The position numbers and the translations under genes were made by a program. From the human T2T-CHM13v2.0 reference genome, Homo sapiens: a DNA stretch of 64,000 bases. Below, in pieces: positions 42,508-61,867 of this stretch (positions are counted from its first letter, which is position 1; every line of letters begins with the position of its first letter). The stretch lies in NCBI RefSeq assembly GCF_009914755.1, contig NC_060948.1; one strand, written 5' to 3'. Below the pieces are notes generated by a model. The model saw only the letters and a list, made by a program, of their open reading frames with translations, ran no database searches and had not been told where the DNA came from.

Positions 42508-44614
42508 AGATCCATATTTTTTAAATGAAAAAAAATTTCAAAGGTACTCTGCTTGGTACAATAATCAAATGTATAAACTGAGGAATAAAACATAACCATG
42601 AAACCTACTTATAACTGCATATGGAAAATACAGAGGATAATTTTTTAAATAACGTATTATGAAAGCCTTAACTAGTAATTTGAAGAGTTGGCATTTGAAA
42701 GGCCAGTATGAATATACCTTCAAAGCAGCAACACAGGTTCCCCATGAGAAAAAGCAAACACAGGGAAAATAAAAACACAAAGGTTCAATCTCTTCTGACC
42801 TTTGAAAGACACAGCACAGACAGTGGTCCTTAGGACGAAGAGCAGGAGACCCCTAATTCCATCACCATGGCGATAGGGCATAAACATTGCTGGGTGAGGG
42901 CACAATCCACATTGTGAGGTCCAACTGCTGCCAGGAAGACAGGAGTGCTTTTACATAGACCGAAAGGTCATTGAAGGCTCAGAGTTTTGTTTCAAGAACT
43001 GAATCCCAAGCCCACACGTTATTAGGCTGCGCTTCTTAAAACAAGTTATGAGATGGGAAAAAGGGCACCCACAAACATACGTATACATTATGTATATAAT
43101 AATATACAGTATCATATATATAATATATATAACCTATGTATAATATTGTTTTACATCCTGCATCTTATGTTATATATATTGTATAAAATATAATTATTGA
43201 TAATATATAAGTTTTATAATTATTCTACATGACATATAGTATATATTATAATTTATGACATATATAATATATGTTATATATCATATATAGAATATATTAT
43301 ACGGTTAATATACGTATTAAATATAAATTATACATTATATATATTATATATAATATATCTGTTATATATAATACCCATTATGCATAGTATATATATTATG
43401 TCTATGTTATATATAGTATAAAACAACATATAATAATATATAATTGTATATATAAAATGCGACATATAATATATATTATATTTTATGACATATGTAATAT
43501 ATATTATATATTATATATAATACGTTGTATGTATAATACCTATATTAAATATATATTATATGACTATGTTATTAATTACATGTCACATGTGTTATATATT
43601 ATATATTTTACATAGAATATACCGGTTACATACAATATATACTATGTTACCTATAATGTATAATTTATTACATGTAAAATAAAGAATGCAATATATTATG
43701 TAAAATTTATAACATACAATATGTGGAATGTGATATATATAACATATAATATATGATATATGATATACAATATATGATATATAACATACAATATATGATT
43801 CCTAATATATATGGTATACAATATATATTTTATGATATGAATTCTCTATGTTTTATATTCTCTTATATATAACTATTTGAAATTATATATAACTGTATAA
43901 TATTTTATGTAAATATGTAATATAATATATATAACTATATAATATATTATATATAACTATATATTATGTTATATATACTTTTATAACATAATTTACATAA
44001 AATATCATAATATAATATATATTATATTATTTCATATTACATAATATATATTACATATCACCCAATATAACTAACATACATAATATTATAATATAGATTA
44101 TATTGTGTTATATTAAATATCATATATATCATGTATCATATATTCTATAATATATATTACACATTATATAATATGTATGTTGTCTATTATGTGATATATA
44201 TAACTATATATATAATTATATTTTTATACATATAACTAGATAAACATGTAATTCTACATATTTTCATTTATAATATGTAGAATTATATAATCATATATAA
44301 TTATTTATATTCTATAAAAAATTTTATCATTATATAAATTATAATATATAAAAATTATAATATGTACTACAAATATATATATATTATATATCATATATGA
44401 TATAGTACCTTTGTTATGTATCATAATACATATAAATGTGTATTATGTTATCTATAATTATATAATTTCATATATAAGATGTATAATATGTATCATATAT
44501 TATATATGTTATGTAATATATATAGTATATATAAGATGACACAGGATAAATATTATATACTATGACATATAAAATATATGAGGTTATATGTTACATATAA
44601 GGCATAGCACATAA

Positions 44615-44929
<315 letters not shown>

Positions 44930-47036
44930 AGATCCATACTTTTTAAATGAAAAAAAATTTCAAAGGTACCCTGCTTGGTACAATAATCAAATGTATAAAC
45001 TGAGGAATAAAACATAACCATGAAACCTACTTATAACTGCATATGGAAAATACAGAGGATAATTTTTTAAATAACATATTTTGAAAGCCTTAACTAGTAA
45101 TTTGAAGAGTTGGCATTTGAAAGGCCAGTATGAATATACCTTCAAAGCAGCAACACAGGTTCCCCATGAGAAAAAGCAAACTCAGGGAAAATAAAAACAC
45201 AAAGGTTCAATCTCTTCTGACCTTTGAAAGACACAGCACAGACAGTGGTCCTTAGGACGAAGAGCAGGAGACCCCTAATTCCGTCACCATGGCGATAGGG
45301 CATAAACATTGCTGGGTGAGGGCACAATCCACATTGTGAGGTCCAACTGCTGCCAGGAAGACAGGCGTGCTTTTACATAGACCGAAAGGTCATTGAAGGC
45401 TCAGAGTTTTGTTTCAAGAACTGAATCCCAAGCCCACACGTTATTAGGCTGCGCTTCTTAAAACAAGTTATGAGATGGGAAAAAGGGCACCCACAAACAT
45501 ACGTATACATTAGGTATATAATAATATACAGTGTCATATATATAATATATATAACCTATGTATAATATTGTTTTACATCCTGCATCTTATGTTATATATA
45601 TTGTATAAAATATAATTATTGATAATATATAAGTTTTATAATTATGCTACATGGCATATAGTATATATTATAATTTATGACATATATAATATATGTTATA
45701 TATCATATATAGAATATATTATACGGTTAATATACGTATTAAATATAAATTATACATTATATATATTATATATAATATATCTGTTATATATAATACCCAT
45801 TATGCATAATATATATATTATGTCTATGTTATATATAGTATAAAACAACATATAATAATATATAATTGTATATATAAAATGCGACATATAATATATATTA
45901 TATTTTATAACATATGTAATATATATTATATATTATATATAATACGTTGTATGTATAATACCTATATTAAATATATATTATATGACTATGTTATTAATTA
46001 CATGTCACATGTGTTATATATTATATATTTTTCATAGAATATACCAGTTACATACAATATATACTATGTTACCTATAATGTATAATTTATTACATGTAAA
46101 ATAAAGAATGCAATATATTATGTATAATTTATAATATACAATATGTGGAATGTGATATATATAACATATAATATATGATATATGATATACAGTATATGAT
46201 ATATAACATACAATATATGATTCCTAATATATATGGTATACAATATATATTTTATGATATGTATTCTATATGTTTTATATTCTGTTATATAAAACTATTT
46301 GAAATTATATATAACTGTATAATATTTTATGTAAATATGTAATGTAATATATATAACTATATAATATATTATATATAACTATATATTATGTTATATATAC
46401 TTTTATAACATAATTTACATAAAATATCATAATATAATATATATTATATTATTTCATATTACATAATATATATTTCATATCACCCAATATAACTAACATA
46501 CATAATATTATAATATAGATTATATTATGTTATATTAAATATCATATATATCATGTATCATATATTCTATAATATATATTACACATTATATAATATGTAT
46601 GTTGTCTATTATGTGATATATATAACTATATATATAATTATATTTTTATACATATAACTAGATAAACATGTAATTCTACATATTTTCATTTATAACATGT
46701 AGAATTATATAATCATATATAATTATTTATATTGTATAAAAAATTTTATCATTATATAAATTATAATATATAAAAATTATAATATGTACTACAAATATAT
46801 ATATATTATATATCATATATGATATAGTACCTTTGTTATATATCATAATACATATAAATGTGTATTATGTTACCTATAATTATATAATTTCATATATAAG
46901 ATGTATAATATGTATCATATATTATATATGTTATGTAATATATATAGTATATATAAGATGACACAGGATAAATATTATATACTATGACATATAAAATATA
47001 TGAGGTTATATGTTACATATAAGGCATAGCACATAA

Positions 47037-47351
<315 letters not shown>

Positions 47352-49458
47352 AGATCCATACTTTTTAAATGAAAAAAAATTTCAAAGGTACTCTGCTTGG
47401 TACAATAATCAAATGTATAAACTGAGGAATAAAACATAACCATGAAACCTACTTATAACTGCATATGGAAAATACAGAGGATAATTTTTTAAATAACATA
47501 TTTTGAAAGCCTTAACTAGTAATTTGAAGAGTTGGCATTTGAAAGGCCAGTATGAATATACCTTCAAAGCAGCAACACAGGTTCCCCATGAGAAAAAGCA
47601 AACTCAGGGAAAATAAAAACACAAAGGTTCAATCTCTTCTGACCTTTGAAAGACACAGCACAGACAGTGGTCCTTAGGACGAAGAGCAGGAGACCCCTAA
47701 TTCCGTCACCATGGCGATAGGGCATAAACATTGCTGGGTGAGGGCACAATCCACATTGTGAGGTCCAACTGCTGCCAGGAAGACAGGCGTGCTTTTACAT
47801 AGACCGAAAGGTCATTGAAGGCTCAGAGTTTTGTTTCAAGAACTGAATCCCAAGCCCACACGTTATTAGGCTGCGCTTCTTAAAACAAGTTATGAGATGG
47901 GAAAAAGGGCACCCACAAACATACGTATACATTAGGTATATAATAATATACAGTGTCATATATATAATATATATAACCTATGTATAATATTGTTTTACAT
48001 CCTGCATCTTATGTTATATATATTGTATAAAATATAATTATTGATAATATATAAGTTTTATAATTATGCTACATGACATATAGTATATATTATAATTTAT
48101 GACATATATAATATATGTTATATATCATATATAGAATATATTATACGGTTAATATACGTATTAAATATAAATTATACATTATATATATTATATATAATAT
48201 ATCTGTTATATATAATACCCATTATGCATAATATATATATTATGTCTATGTTATATATAGTATAAAACAACATATAATAATATATAATTGTATATATAAA
48301 ATGCGACATATAATATATATTATATTTTATAACATATGTAATATATATTATATATTATATATAATACGTTGTATGTATAATACCTATATTAAATATATAT
48401 TATATGACTATGTTATTAATTACATGTCACATGTGTTATATATTATATATTTTACATAGAATATACCAGTTACATACAATATATACTATGTTACCTATAA
48501 TGTATAATTTATTACATGTAAAATAAAGAATGCAATATATTATGTATAATTTATAATATACAATATGTGGAATGTGATATATATAACATATAATATATGA
48601 TATATGATATACAGTATATGATATATAACATACAATATATGATTCCTAATATATATGGTATACAATATATATTTTATGATATGTATTCTATATGTTTTAT
48701 ATTCTGTTATATATAACTATTTGAAATTATATATAACTGTATAATATTTTATGTAAATATGTAATGTAATATATATAACTATATAATATATTATATATAA
48801 CTATATATTATGTTATATATACTTTTATAACATAATTTACATAAAATATCATAATATAATATATATTATATTATTTCATATTACATAATATATATTTCAT
48901 ATCACCCAATATAACTAACATACATAATATTATAATATAGATTATATTATGTTATATTAAATATCATATATATCATGTATCATATATTCTATAATATATA
49001 TTACACATTATATAATATGTATGTTGTCTATTATGTGATATATATAACTATATATATAATTATATTTTTATACATATAACTAGATAAACATGTAATTCTA
49101 CATATTTTCATTTATAATATGTAGAATTATATAATCATATATAATTATTTATATTGTATAAAAAATTTTATCATTATATAAATTATAATATATAAAAATT
49201 ATAATATGTACTACAAATATATATATATTATATATCATATATGATATAGTATCTTTGTTATATATCATAATACATATAAATGTGTAATATGTTACCTATA
49301 ATTATATAATTTCATATATAAGATGTATAATATGTATCATATATTATATATGTTATGTAATATATATAGTATATATAAGATGACACAGGATAAATATTAT
49401 ATACTATGACATATAAAATATATGAGGTTATATGTTACATATAAGGCATAGCACATAA

Positions 49459-49773
<315 letters not shown>

Positions 49774-51878
49774 AGATCCATACTTTTTAAATGAAAAAAA
49801 ATTTCAAAGGTACTCTGCTTGGTACAATAATCAAATGTATAAACTGAGGAATAAAACATAACCATGAAACCTACTTATAACTGCATATGGAAAATACAGA
49901 GGATAATTTTTTAAATAACATATTTTGAAAGCCTTAACTAGTAATTTGAAGAGTTGGCATTTGAAAGGCCAGTATGAATATACCTTCAAAGCAGCAACAC
50001 AGGTTCCCCATGAGAAAAAGCAAACTCAGGGAAAATAAAAACACAAAGGTTCAATCTCTTCTGACCTTTGAAAGACACAGCACAGACAGTGGTCCTTAGG
50101 ACGAAGAGCAGGAGACCCCTAATTCCGTCACCATGGCGATAGGGCATAAACATTGCTGGGTGAGGGCACAATCCACATTGTGAGGTCCAACTGCTGCCAG
50201 GAAGACAGGAGTGCTTTTACATAGACCGAAAGGTCATTGAAGGCTCAGAGTTTTGTTTCAAGAACTGAATCCCAAGCCCACACGTTATTAGGCTGCGCTT
50301 CTTAAAACAAGTTATGAGATGGGAAAAAGGGCACCCACAAACATACGTATACATTATGTATATAATAATATACAGTGTCATATATATAATATATATAACC
50401 TATGTATAATATTGTTTTACATCCTGCATCTTATGTTATATATATTGTATAAAATATAATTATTGATAATATATAAGTTTTATAATTATACTATATGACA
50501 TATAGTATATATTATAATTTATGACATATATAATATATGTTATATATCATATATAGAATATATTATACGGTTAATATACGTATTAAATATAAATTATACA
50601 TTATATATATTATATATAATATATCTGTTATATATAATACCCATTATGCATAATATATATATTATGTCTATGTTATATATAGTATAAAACAACATATAAT
50701 AATATATAATTGTATATATAAAATGCGACATATAATATATATTATATTTTATAACATATGTAATATATATTATATATTATATATAATACGTTGTATGTAT
50801 AATACCTATATTAAATATATATTATATGACTATGTTATTAATTACATGTCACATGTGTTATATATTATATATTTTACATAGAATATACCGGTTACATACA
50901 ATATATACTATGTTACCTATAATGTATAATTTATTACATGTAAAATAAAGAATGCAATATATTATGTAAAATTTATAACATACAATATGTGGAATGTGAT
51001 ATATATAACATATAATATATGATATATGATATACAATATATGATATATAACATACAATATATGATTCCTAATATATATGGTATACAATATATATTTTATG
51101 ATATGAATTCTCTATGTTTTATATTCTGTTATATATAACTATTTGAAATTATATATAACTGTATAATATTTTATTTAAATATGTAATATAATATATATAA
51201 CTATATAATATATTATATATAACTATATATTATGTTATATATACTTTTATAACATAATTTACATAAAATATCATAATATAATATATATTATATTATTTCA
51301 TATTACATAATATATATTACATATCACCCAATATAACTAACATACATAATATTATAATATAGAGTATATTGTGTTATATTAAATATCATATATATCATGT
51401 ATCATATATTCTATAATATATATTACACATTATATAATATGTATGTTGTCTATTATGTGATATATATAACTCTATATGTAATTATATTTTTATACATATA
51501 ACTAGATAAACATGTAATTCTACATATTTTCATTTATAATATGTAGAATTATATAATCATATATAATTATTTATATTCTATAAAAAATTTTATCATTATA
51601 TAAATTATAATATATAAAAATTATAATATGTACTACAAATATATATATTATATATCATATATGATATAGTACCTTTGTTATATATCATAATACATATAAA
51701 TGTGTATTATGTTATCTATAATTATATAATTTCATATATAAGATGTATAATATGTATCATATATTATAAATGTTATGTAATATATATAGTATATATAAGA
51801 TGACACAGGATAAATATTATATACTATGACATATAAAATATATGAGGTTATATGTTACATATAAGGCATAGCACATAA

Positions 51879-52193
<315 letters not shown>

Positions 52194-54320
52194 AGATCCA
52201 TACTTTTTAAATGAAAAAAAATTTCAAAGGTACTCTGCTTGGTACAATAATCAAATGTATACACTGAGGAATAAAACATAACCATGAAACCTACTTATAA
52301 CTGCATATGGAAAATACAGAGGATAATTTTTTAAATAACATATTTTGAAAGCCTTAACTAGTAATTTGAAGAGTTGGCATTTGAAAGGCCAGTATGAATA
52401 TACCTTCAAAGCAGCAACACAGGTTCCCCATGAGAAAAAGCAAACACAGGGAAAATAAAAACACAAAGGTTCAATCTCTTCTGACCTTTGAAAGACACAG
52501 CACAGACAGTGGTCCTTAGGACGAAGAGCAGGAGACCCCTAATTCCGTCACCATGGCGATAGGGCATAAACATTGCTGGGTGAGGGCACAATCCACATTG
52601 TGAGGTCCAACTGCTGCCAGGAAGACAGGAGTGCTTTTACATAGACCGAAAGGTCATTGAAGGCTCAGAGTTTTGTTTCAAGAACTGAATCCCAAGCCCA
52701 CACGTTATTAGGCTGCGCTTCTTAAAACAAGTTATGAGATGGGAAAAAGGGCACCCACAAACATACGTATACATTATGTATATAATAATATACAGTGTCA
52801 TATATATAATATATATAACCTATGTATAATATTGTTTTACATCCTGCATCTTATGTTATATATATTGTATAAAATATAATTATTGATAATATATAAGTTT
52901 TATAATTATGCTACATGACATATAGTATATATTATAATTTATGACATATATAATATATGTTATATATCATATATAGAATATATTATACGGTTAATATACG
53001 TATTAAATATAAATTATACATTATATATATTATATATAATATATCTGTTATATATAATACCCATTATGCATAATATATATATTATGTCTATGTTATATAT
53101 AGTATAAAACAACATATAATAATATATAATTGTATATATAAAATGCGACATATAATATATATTATATTTTATAACATATGTAATATATATTATATATTAT
53201 ATATAATACGTTGTATGTATAATACCTATATTAAATATATATTATATGACTATGTTATTAATTACATGTCACATGTGTAATATATTATATATTTTACATA
53301 GAATATACCGGTTACATACAATATATACTATGTTACCTATAATGTATAATTTATTACATGTAAAATAAAGAATGCAATATATTATGTAAAATTTATAACA
53401 TACAATATGTGGAATGTGATATATATAACATATAATATATGATATATGATATACAGTATATGATATATAACATACAATATATGATTCCTAATATATATGG
53501 TATACAATATATATTTTATGATATGTATTCTCTATGTTTTATATTCTGTTATATATAACTATTTGAAATTATATATAACTGTATAATATTTTATTTAAAT
53601 ATGTAATATAATATATATAACTATATAATATATTATATATAACTATATATTATGTTATATATACTTTTATAACATAATTTACATAAAATATCATAATATA
53701 ATATATATTATATTATTTCATATTACATAATATATATTACATATCACCCAATATAACTAACATACATAATATTATAATATAGATTATATTGTGTAATATT
53801 AAATATCATATATATCATGTATCATATATTCTATAATATATATTACACATTATATAATATGTATGTTGTCTATTATGTGATATATATAACTATATATATA
53901 ATTATATTTTTTACATATAACTAGATAAACATGTAATTCTACATATTTTCATTTGTAATATGTAGAATTATATAATCATATATAATTATTTATATTGTAT
54001 AAAAAATTTTATCATTATATAAATTATAATATATAAAAATTATAATATGTACTACAAATATATATATTATATATCATATATGATATAGTACCTTTGTTAT
54101 ATATCATAATACATATAAATGTGTATTATGTTATCTATAATTATATAATTTCATATATAAGATGTATAATATGTATCATATATTATATATGTTATGTAAT
54201 ATATATAGTATATATAAGATGACACAGGATAAATATTATATACTATGACATATAAAATATATGAGGTTCTATGTTACATATAAGGCATAGCACATATCAT
54301 GTAATATATATCATATATAA

Positions 54321-54612
54321 TTTTTTTTTAGACAGAATCTTGTCCTGTTGCACAGGGTGGGGTACAATGGCGCCATCTTTGCTCACTGCAACTTCTGCCT
54401 CACGGGTCCAAGCGATTGTCCTCCCTCAGCCTCCCAGGTAGCTGGGACTACACCACACTGGGACTACACCAGCTGCCACCATGCCTAGCTAATTTTTTGG
54501 ATTTTTAGTAGTGACAGCGTTTCACTGTATTGGCCAGGATGGTCTTGATCTCTTCACCTTGTGATCCCCTTGCCTTGGCCTCCAAATTTGCTGGGATTAC
54601 AGGCCTGAGCCA
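54321..54612 (-). mobile_element. Alu fossil, unit 23
   Basis: Repeat copy of the unit Alu. Confidence 0.92.
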
Positions 54613-56717
54613 AGATCCATATTTTTTAAATGAAAAAAAATTTCAAAGGTACTCTGCTTGGTACAATAATCAAATGTATAAACTGAGGAATAAAACATAA
54701 CCATGAAACCTACTTATAACTGCATATGGAAAATACAGAGGATAATTTTTTAAATAACATATTTTGAAAGCCTTAACTAGTAATTTGAAGAGTTGGCATT
54801 TGAAAGGCCAGTATGAATATACCTTCAAAGCAGCAACACAGGTTCCCCATGAGAAAAAGCAAACACAGGGAAAATAAAAACACAAAGGTTCAATCTCTTC
54901 TGACCTTTGAAAGACACAGCACAGACAGTGGTCCTTAGGACGAAGAGCAGGAGACCCCTAATTCCGTCACCATGGCGATAGGGCATAAACATTGCTGGGT
55001 GAGGGCACAATCCACATTGTGAGGTCCAACTGCTGCCAGGAAGACAGGAGTGCTTTTACATAGACCGAAAGGTCATTGAAGGCTCAGAGTTTTGTTTCAA
55101 GAACTGAATCCCAAGCCCACACGTTATTAGGCTGCGCTTCTTAAAACAAGTTATGAGATGGGAAAAAGGGCACCCACAAACATACGTATACATTATGTAT
55201 ATAATAATATACAGTGTCATATATATAATATATATAACCTATGTATAATATTGTTTTACATCCTGCATCTTCTGTTATATATATTGTATAAAATATAATA
55301 ATTGATAATATATAAGTTTTATAATTATACAATATGACATATACTATATATTATAATTTATGACATATATAATATATGTTATATATCATATATAGAATAT
55401 ATTATACGGTTAATATACGTATTAAATATAAATTATACATTATATATATTATATATAATATATCTGTTATACATAATACCCATTATGCATAATATATATA
55501 TTATATCTATGTTATATATAGTATAAAACAACATATAATAATATATAATTGTATATATAAAATGCGACATATAATATATATTATATTTTATAACATATGT
55601 AATATATATTATATATTATATATAATACGTTGTATGTATAATACCTATATTAAATATATATTATATGACTATGTTATTAATTACATGTCACATGTGTTAT
55701 ATATTATATATTTTACATAGAATATACCGGTTACATACAATATATACTATGTTACCTATAATGTATAATTTATTACATGTAAAATAAAGAATGCAATATA
55801 TTATGTAAATTTTATAACATACAATATGTGGAATGTGATATATATAACATATAATATATGATATATGATATACAATATATGATATATAACATACAATATA
55901 TGATTCCTAATACATATGGTATACAATATATGTTTTATGATATGTATTCTCTATGTTTTATATTCTGTTATATATAACTATTTGAAATTATATATAACTG
56001 TATAATATTTTATTTAAATATGTAATATAATATATATAACTATATAATATATTATATATAACTATATATTATGTTATATATACTTTTATAACATAATTTA
56101 CATAAAATATCATAATATAATATATATTATATTATTTCATATTACATAATATATATTACATATCACCCAATATAACTAACATACATAATATTATAATATA
56201 GATTATATTGTGTTATATTAAATATCATATATATCATGTATCATATATTCTATAATATATATTACACATTATATAATATGTATGTTGTCTATTATGTGAT
56301 ATATATAACTATATATATAATTATATTTTTATACATATAACTAGATAAACATATAATTCTACATATTTTCATTTATAATATGTAGAATTATATAATCATA
56401 TATAATTATTTATATTCTATAAAAAATTTTATCATTATATAAATTATAATATATAAAAATTATAATATGTACTACAAATATATATATTATATATCATATA
56501 TGATATAGTACCTTTGTTATATATCATAATACATATAAATGTGTATTATGTTATCTATAATTATATAATTTCATATATAAGATGTATAATATGTATCATA
56601 TATTATATATGTTATGTAATATATATAGTATATATAAGATGACACAGGATAAATATTATATACTATGACATATAAAATATATGAGGTTATATGTTACATA
56701 TAAGGCATAGCACATAA

Positions 56718-57032
<315 letters not shown>

Positions 57033-59157
57033 AGATCCATATTTTTTAAATGAAAAAAAATTTCAAAGGTACTCTGCTTGGTACAATAATCAAATGTATA
57101 AACTGAGGAATAAAACATAACCATGAAACCTACTTATAACTGCATATGGAAAATACAGAGGATAATTTTTTAAATAACATATTTTGAAAGCCTTAACTAG
57201 TAATTTGAAGAGTTGGCATTTGTAAGGCCAGTATGAATATACCTTCAAAGCAGCAACACATGTTCCCCATGAGAAAAAGCAAACTCAGGGAAAATAAAAC
57301 CACAAAGGTTCAATCTCTTCTGACCTTTGAAAGACACAGCACAGACAGTGGTCCTTAGGACGAAGAGCAGATGACCCCTAATTCCGTCACCATGGCGATA
57401 GGGCATAAACATTGCTGGGTGAGGGCACAATCCACATTGTGAGGTCCAACTGCTGCCAGGAAGACAGGAGTGCTTTTACATAGACCGAAAGGTCATTGAA
57501 GGCTCAGAGTTTTGTTTCAAGAACTGAATCCCAAGCCCACACGTTATTAGGCTGCGCTTCTTAAAACAAGTTATGAGATGGGAAAAAGGGCACCCACAAA
57601 CATACGTATACATTATGTATATAATAATATACAGTATCATATATAAAATATGTATAACCTATGTATAATATTGTTTTACATCCTGCATCTTATATTATAT
57701 GTATTGTATAAAATATAATAATTGATAATATATAAGATTTATATTTATACAATATGACATATAGTATATATTATAATTTATGACATATATAATATATGTT
57801 ACATATCATATATAGAATATATTATACGGTTAATATACGTATTAAATATAAATTATACATTATATATATTATATAAAATATATCTGTTACATATAATACC
57901 CATTATGCATAATACGTATATTATGTCTATGTTATATATAGTATAAAACAACATATAATAATATATAATTGTATATATAAAATGCGACATATAATATATA
58001 TTATATTTTATGACATATGTAATATGTATTATATATTATATATAATACGTTGTATGTATAATACCTATATTAAATATATATTATATGACTATGTTATTAA
58101 TTACATGTCACATATGTTATATATTATATATTTTACATAGAATATACCGGTTACATACAATATATACTATGTTACCTATAATGTATAATTGATTACATGT
58201 AAAATAAAGAATGCAATATATTATGTATAATTTATAATATACAATATGTGGAATGAGATATATATAACATATAATATATGATATATGATATACAGTATAT
58301 GATATATAACATACAATATATGATACCTAATATATATGGTATACAATATATATTTTATGATATGTATTCTATATGTTTTATATTCTGTTATATATAACTA
58401 TTTGAAATTATATATAACTGTATAATATTTTATGTAAATATGTAATATAATATATATAACCATATAATATATTATATATAACTATATATTATGTTATACA
58501 TACTTTTATAACATAATTTACATAAAATGTCATAATATAATATATATTATATTATTTCACATTACATAATATATATTACATATCACCCAATATAAGTAAC
58601 ATACATAATGTTATAATATAGATTATATTATGTTATATTAAATATCATATATATCATGTATCATATATTCTATAATATATATTACACATTATATACTATG
58701 TATGTCTATTTTGTGATATACAAAACTATATATATAATTATATTATTATACATATAACTAGGTAAACATGTAATTCTACATATTTTCATTTGTAATATGT
58801 AGAATTATATAATCATATATAATTATTTATATTCTATAAAAAATTATATCATTATATAAATTATAATATAAAAAAATTATAATATGTACTACAAATATAT
58901 ATATTATATATCATATATGATATAGTACCTTTGTTATATATCATAATACATATAAATGTGTATTATGTTATCTATAATTATATAATTTCATATATAAGAT
59001 GTATAATATGTATTATATATTGTCTATGTTATGTAATATATATAGTATATGTAAGCTGACACAGGATAAATATTATATACTATGACATATAAAATATATG
59101 AGGTTATATGTTACATATAAGGCATAGCACATAACATGTAATATATATCATATATAA

Positions 59158-59449
<292 letters not shown>

Positions 59450-61575
59450 AGATCCATATTTTTTAAATGAAAAAAAATTTCAAAGGTACTCTGCTTGGTA
59501 CAATAATCAAATGTATAAACTGAGGAATAAAACATAACCATGAAACCTACTTATAACTGCATATGGAAAATACAGAGGATAATTTTTTAAATAACATATT
59601 TTGAAAGCCTTAACTAGTAATTTGAAGAGTTGGCATTTGAAAGGCCAGTATGAATATACCTTCAAAGCAGCAACACAGGTTCCCCATGAGAAAAAGCAAA
59701 CTCAGGGAAAATAAAACCACAAAGGTTCAATCTCTTCTGACTTTTGAAAGACACAGCACAGACAGTGGTCCTTAGGACGAAGAGCAGGAGACCCCTAATT
59801 CCGTCACCATGGCGATAGGGCATAAACATTGCTGGGTGAGGGCACAATCCACATTGAGAGGTCCAACTGCTGCCAGGAAGACAGGAGTGCTTTTACATAG
59901 ACCGAAAGGTCATTGAAGGCTCAGAGTTTTGTTTCAAGAACTGAATCCCAAGCCCACACGTTATTAGGCTGCGCTTCTTAAAACAAGTTATGAGATGGGA
60001 AAAAGGGCACCCACAAACATACGTATACATTATGTATATAATAATATACAGTATCATATATATAATATATATAACCTATGTATAATATTGTTTTACATCC
60101 TGCATCTTATATTATATATATTGTATAAAATATAATAATTCATAATATATAACGTTTATATTTATACAATATGACATATAATATATATTATAATTTATGA
60201 CATATATAATATATGTTATATATCATATATAGAATATATTATACGGTTAATATACGTATTAAATATAAATTATACATTATATATATTATATAAAATATAT
60301 CTGTTATATATAATACCCTTTATGCATAATATATATATTATGTCTATGTTATATATAGTATAAAACAACATATAATAATATATAATTGGATATATAAAAT
60401 GCGACATATAATATATATTATATTTTATGACATATGTAATATATATTATATATTATATATAATACGTTGTATGTATAATACCTATATTAAATATATATTA
60501 TATGACTATGTTATTAATTACATGTCACATGTGTTATATATTATATATTTTACATAGAATATACCGGTTACATACAATATAAACTATGTTACCTATAATG
60601 TATAATTGATTACATGTAAAATAAAGAATGCAATATATTATGTATAATTTATAATATACAATATGTGGAATGTGATATATATAACATATAATATATGATA
60701 TATGATATACAGTATATGATATATAACATACAATATATGATACCTAGTATATATGGTATACAATATATATTTTATGATATGTATTCTATATGTTTTATAT
60801 TCTGTTATATATAACTATTTGAAATTATATATAACTGTATAATATTTTATGTAAATATGTAATATAATATATATAACTATATAATATATTATATATAAAT
60901 ATATATTATGTTATATATACTTTTATATCATAATTTACATAAAATGTCATAATATAATATATATTATATTATTTCAAATTACATAATATATATTACATAT
61001 CACCCAATATAAGTAACATACATAATATTATAATATAGATTATATTATGTTATGTTAAATATCATATATATCATGTATCATATATTCTATAATATATATT
61101 ATACATTATATAATATGTATGTTGTCTATTATGTGATATATATAACTATATATTATTATATTATTATACATATAACTAGATAAACATGTAATTCTACATA
61201 TTTTCATTTATAATATATAGAATTATATAATCATATATAATTATTTATATTCTATAAAAAATTATATCATTATATAAATTATAATATAAAAAAATTATAA
61301 TATGTACTACAAATATATATATTATATATCATATATGATATAGTACCTTTGTTATATATCATAATACATATAAATGTGTATTATGTTATCTATAATTATA
61401 TAATTTCATATATAAGATGTATAATATGTATTATATATTGTATATGTTATGTAATATATATAGTATATATAAGCTGACACAGGATAAATATTATATACTA
61501 TGACATATATAATATATGAGGTTATATGTTACATATAAGGCATAGCACATAACATGTAATATATATCATATATAA

Positions 61576-61867
<292 letters not shown>
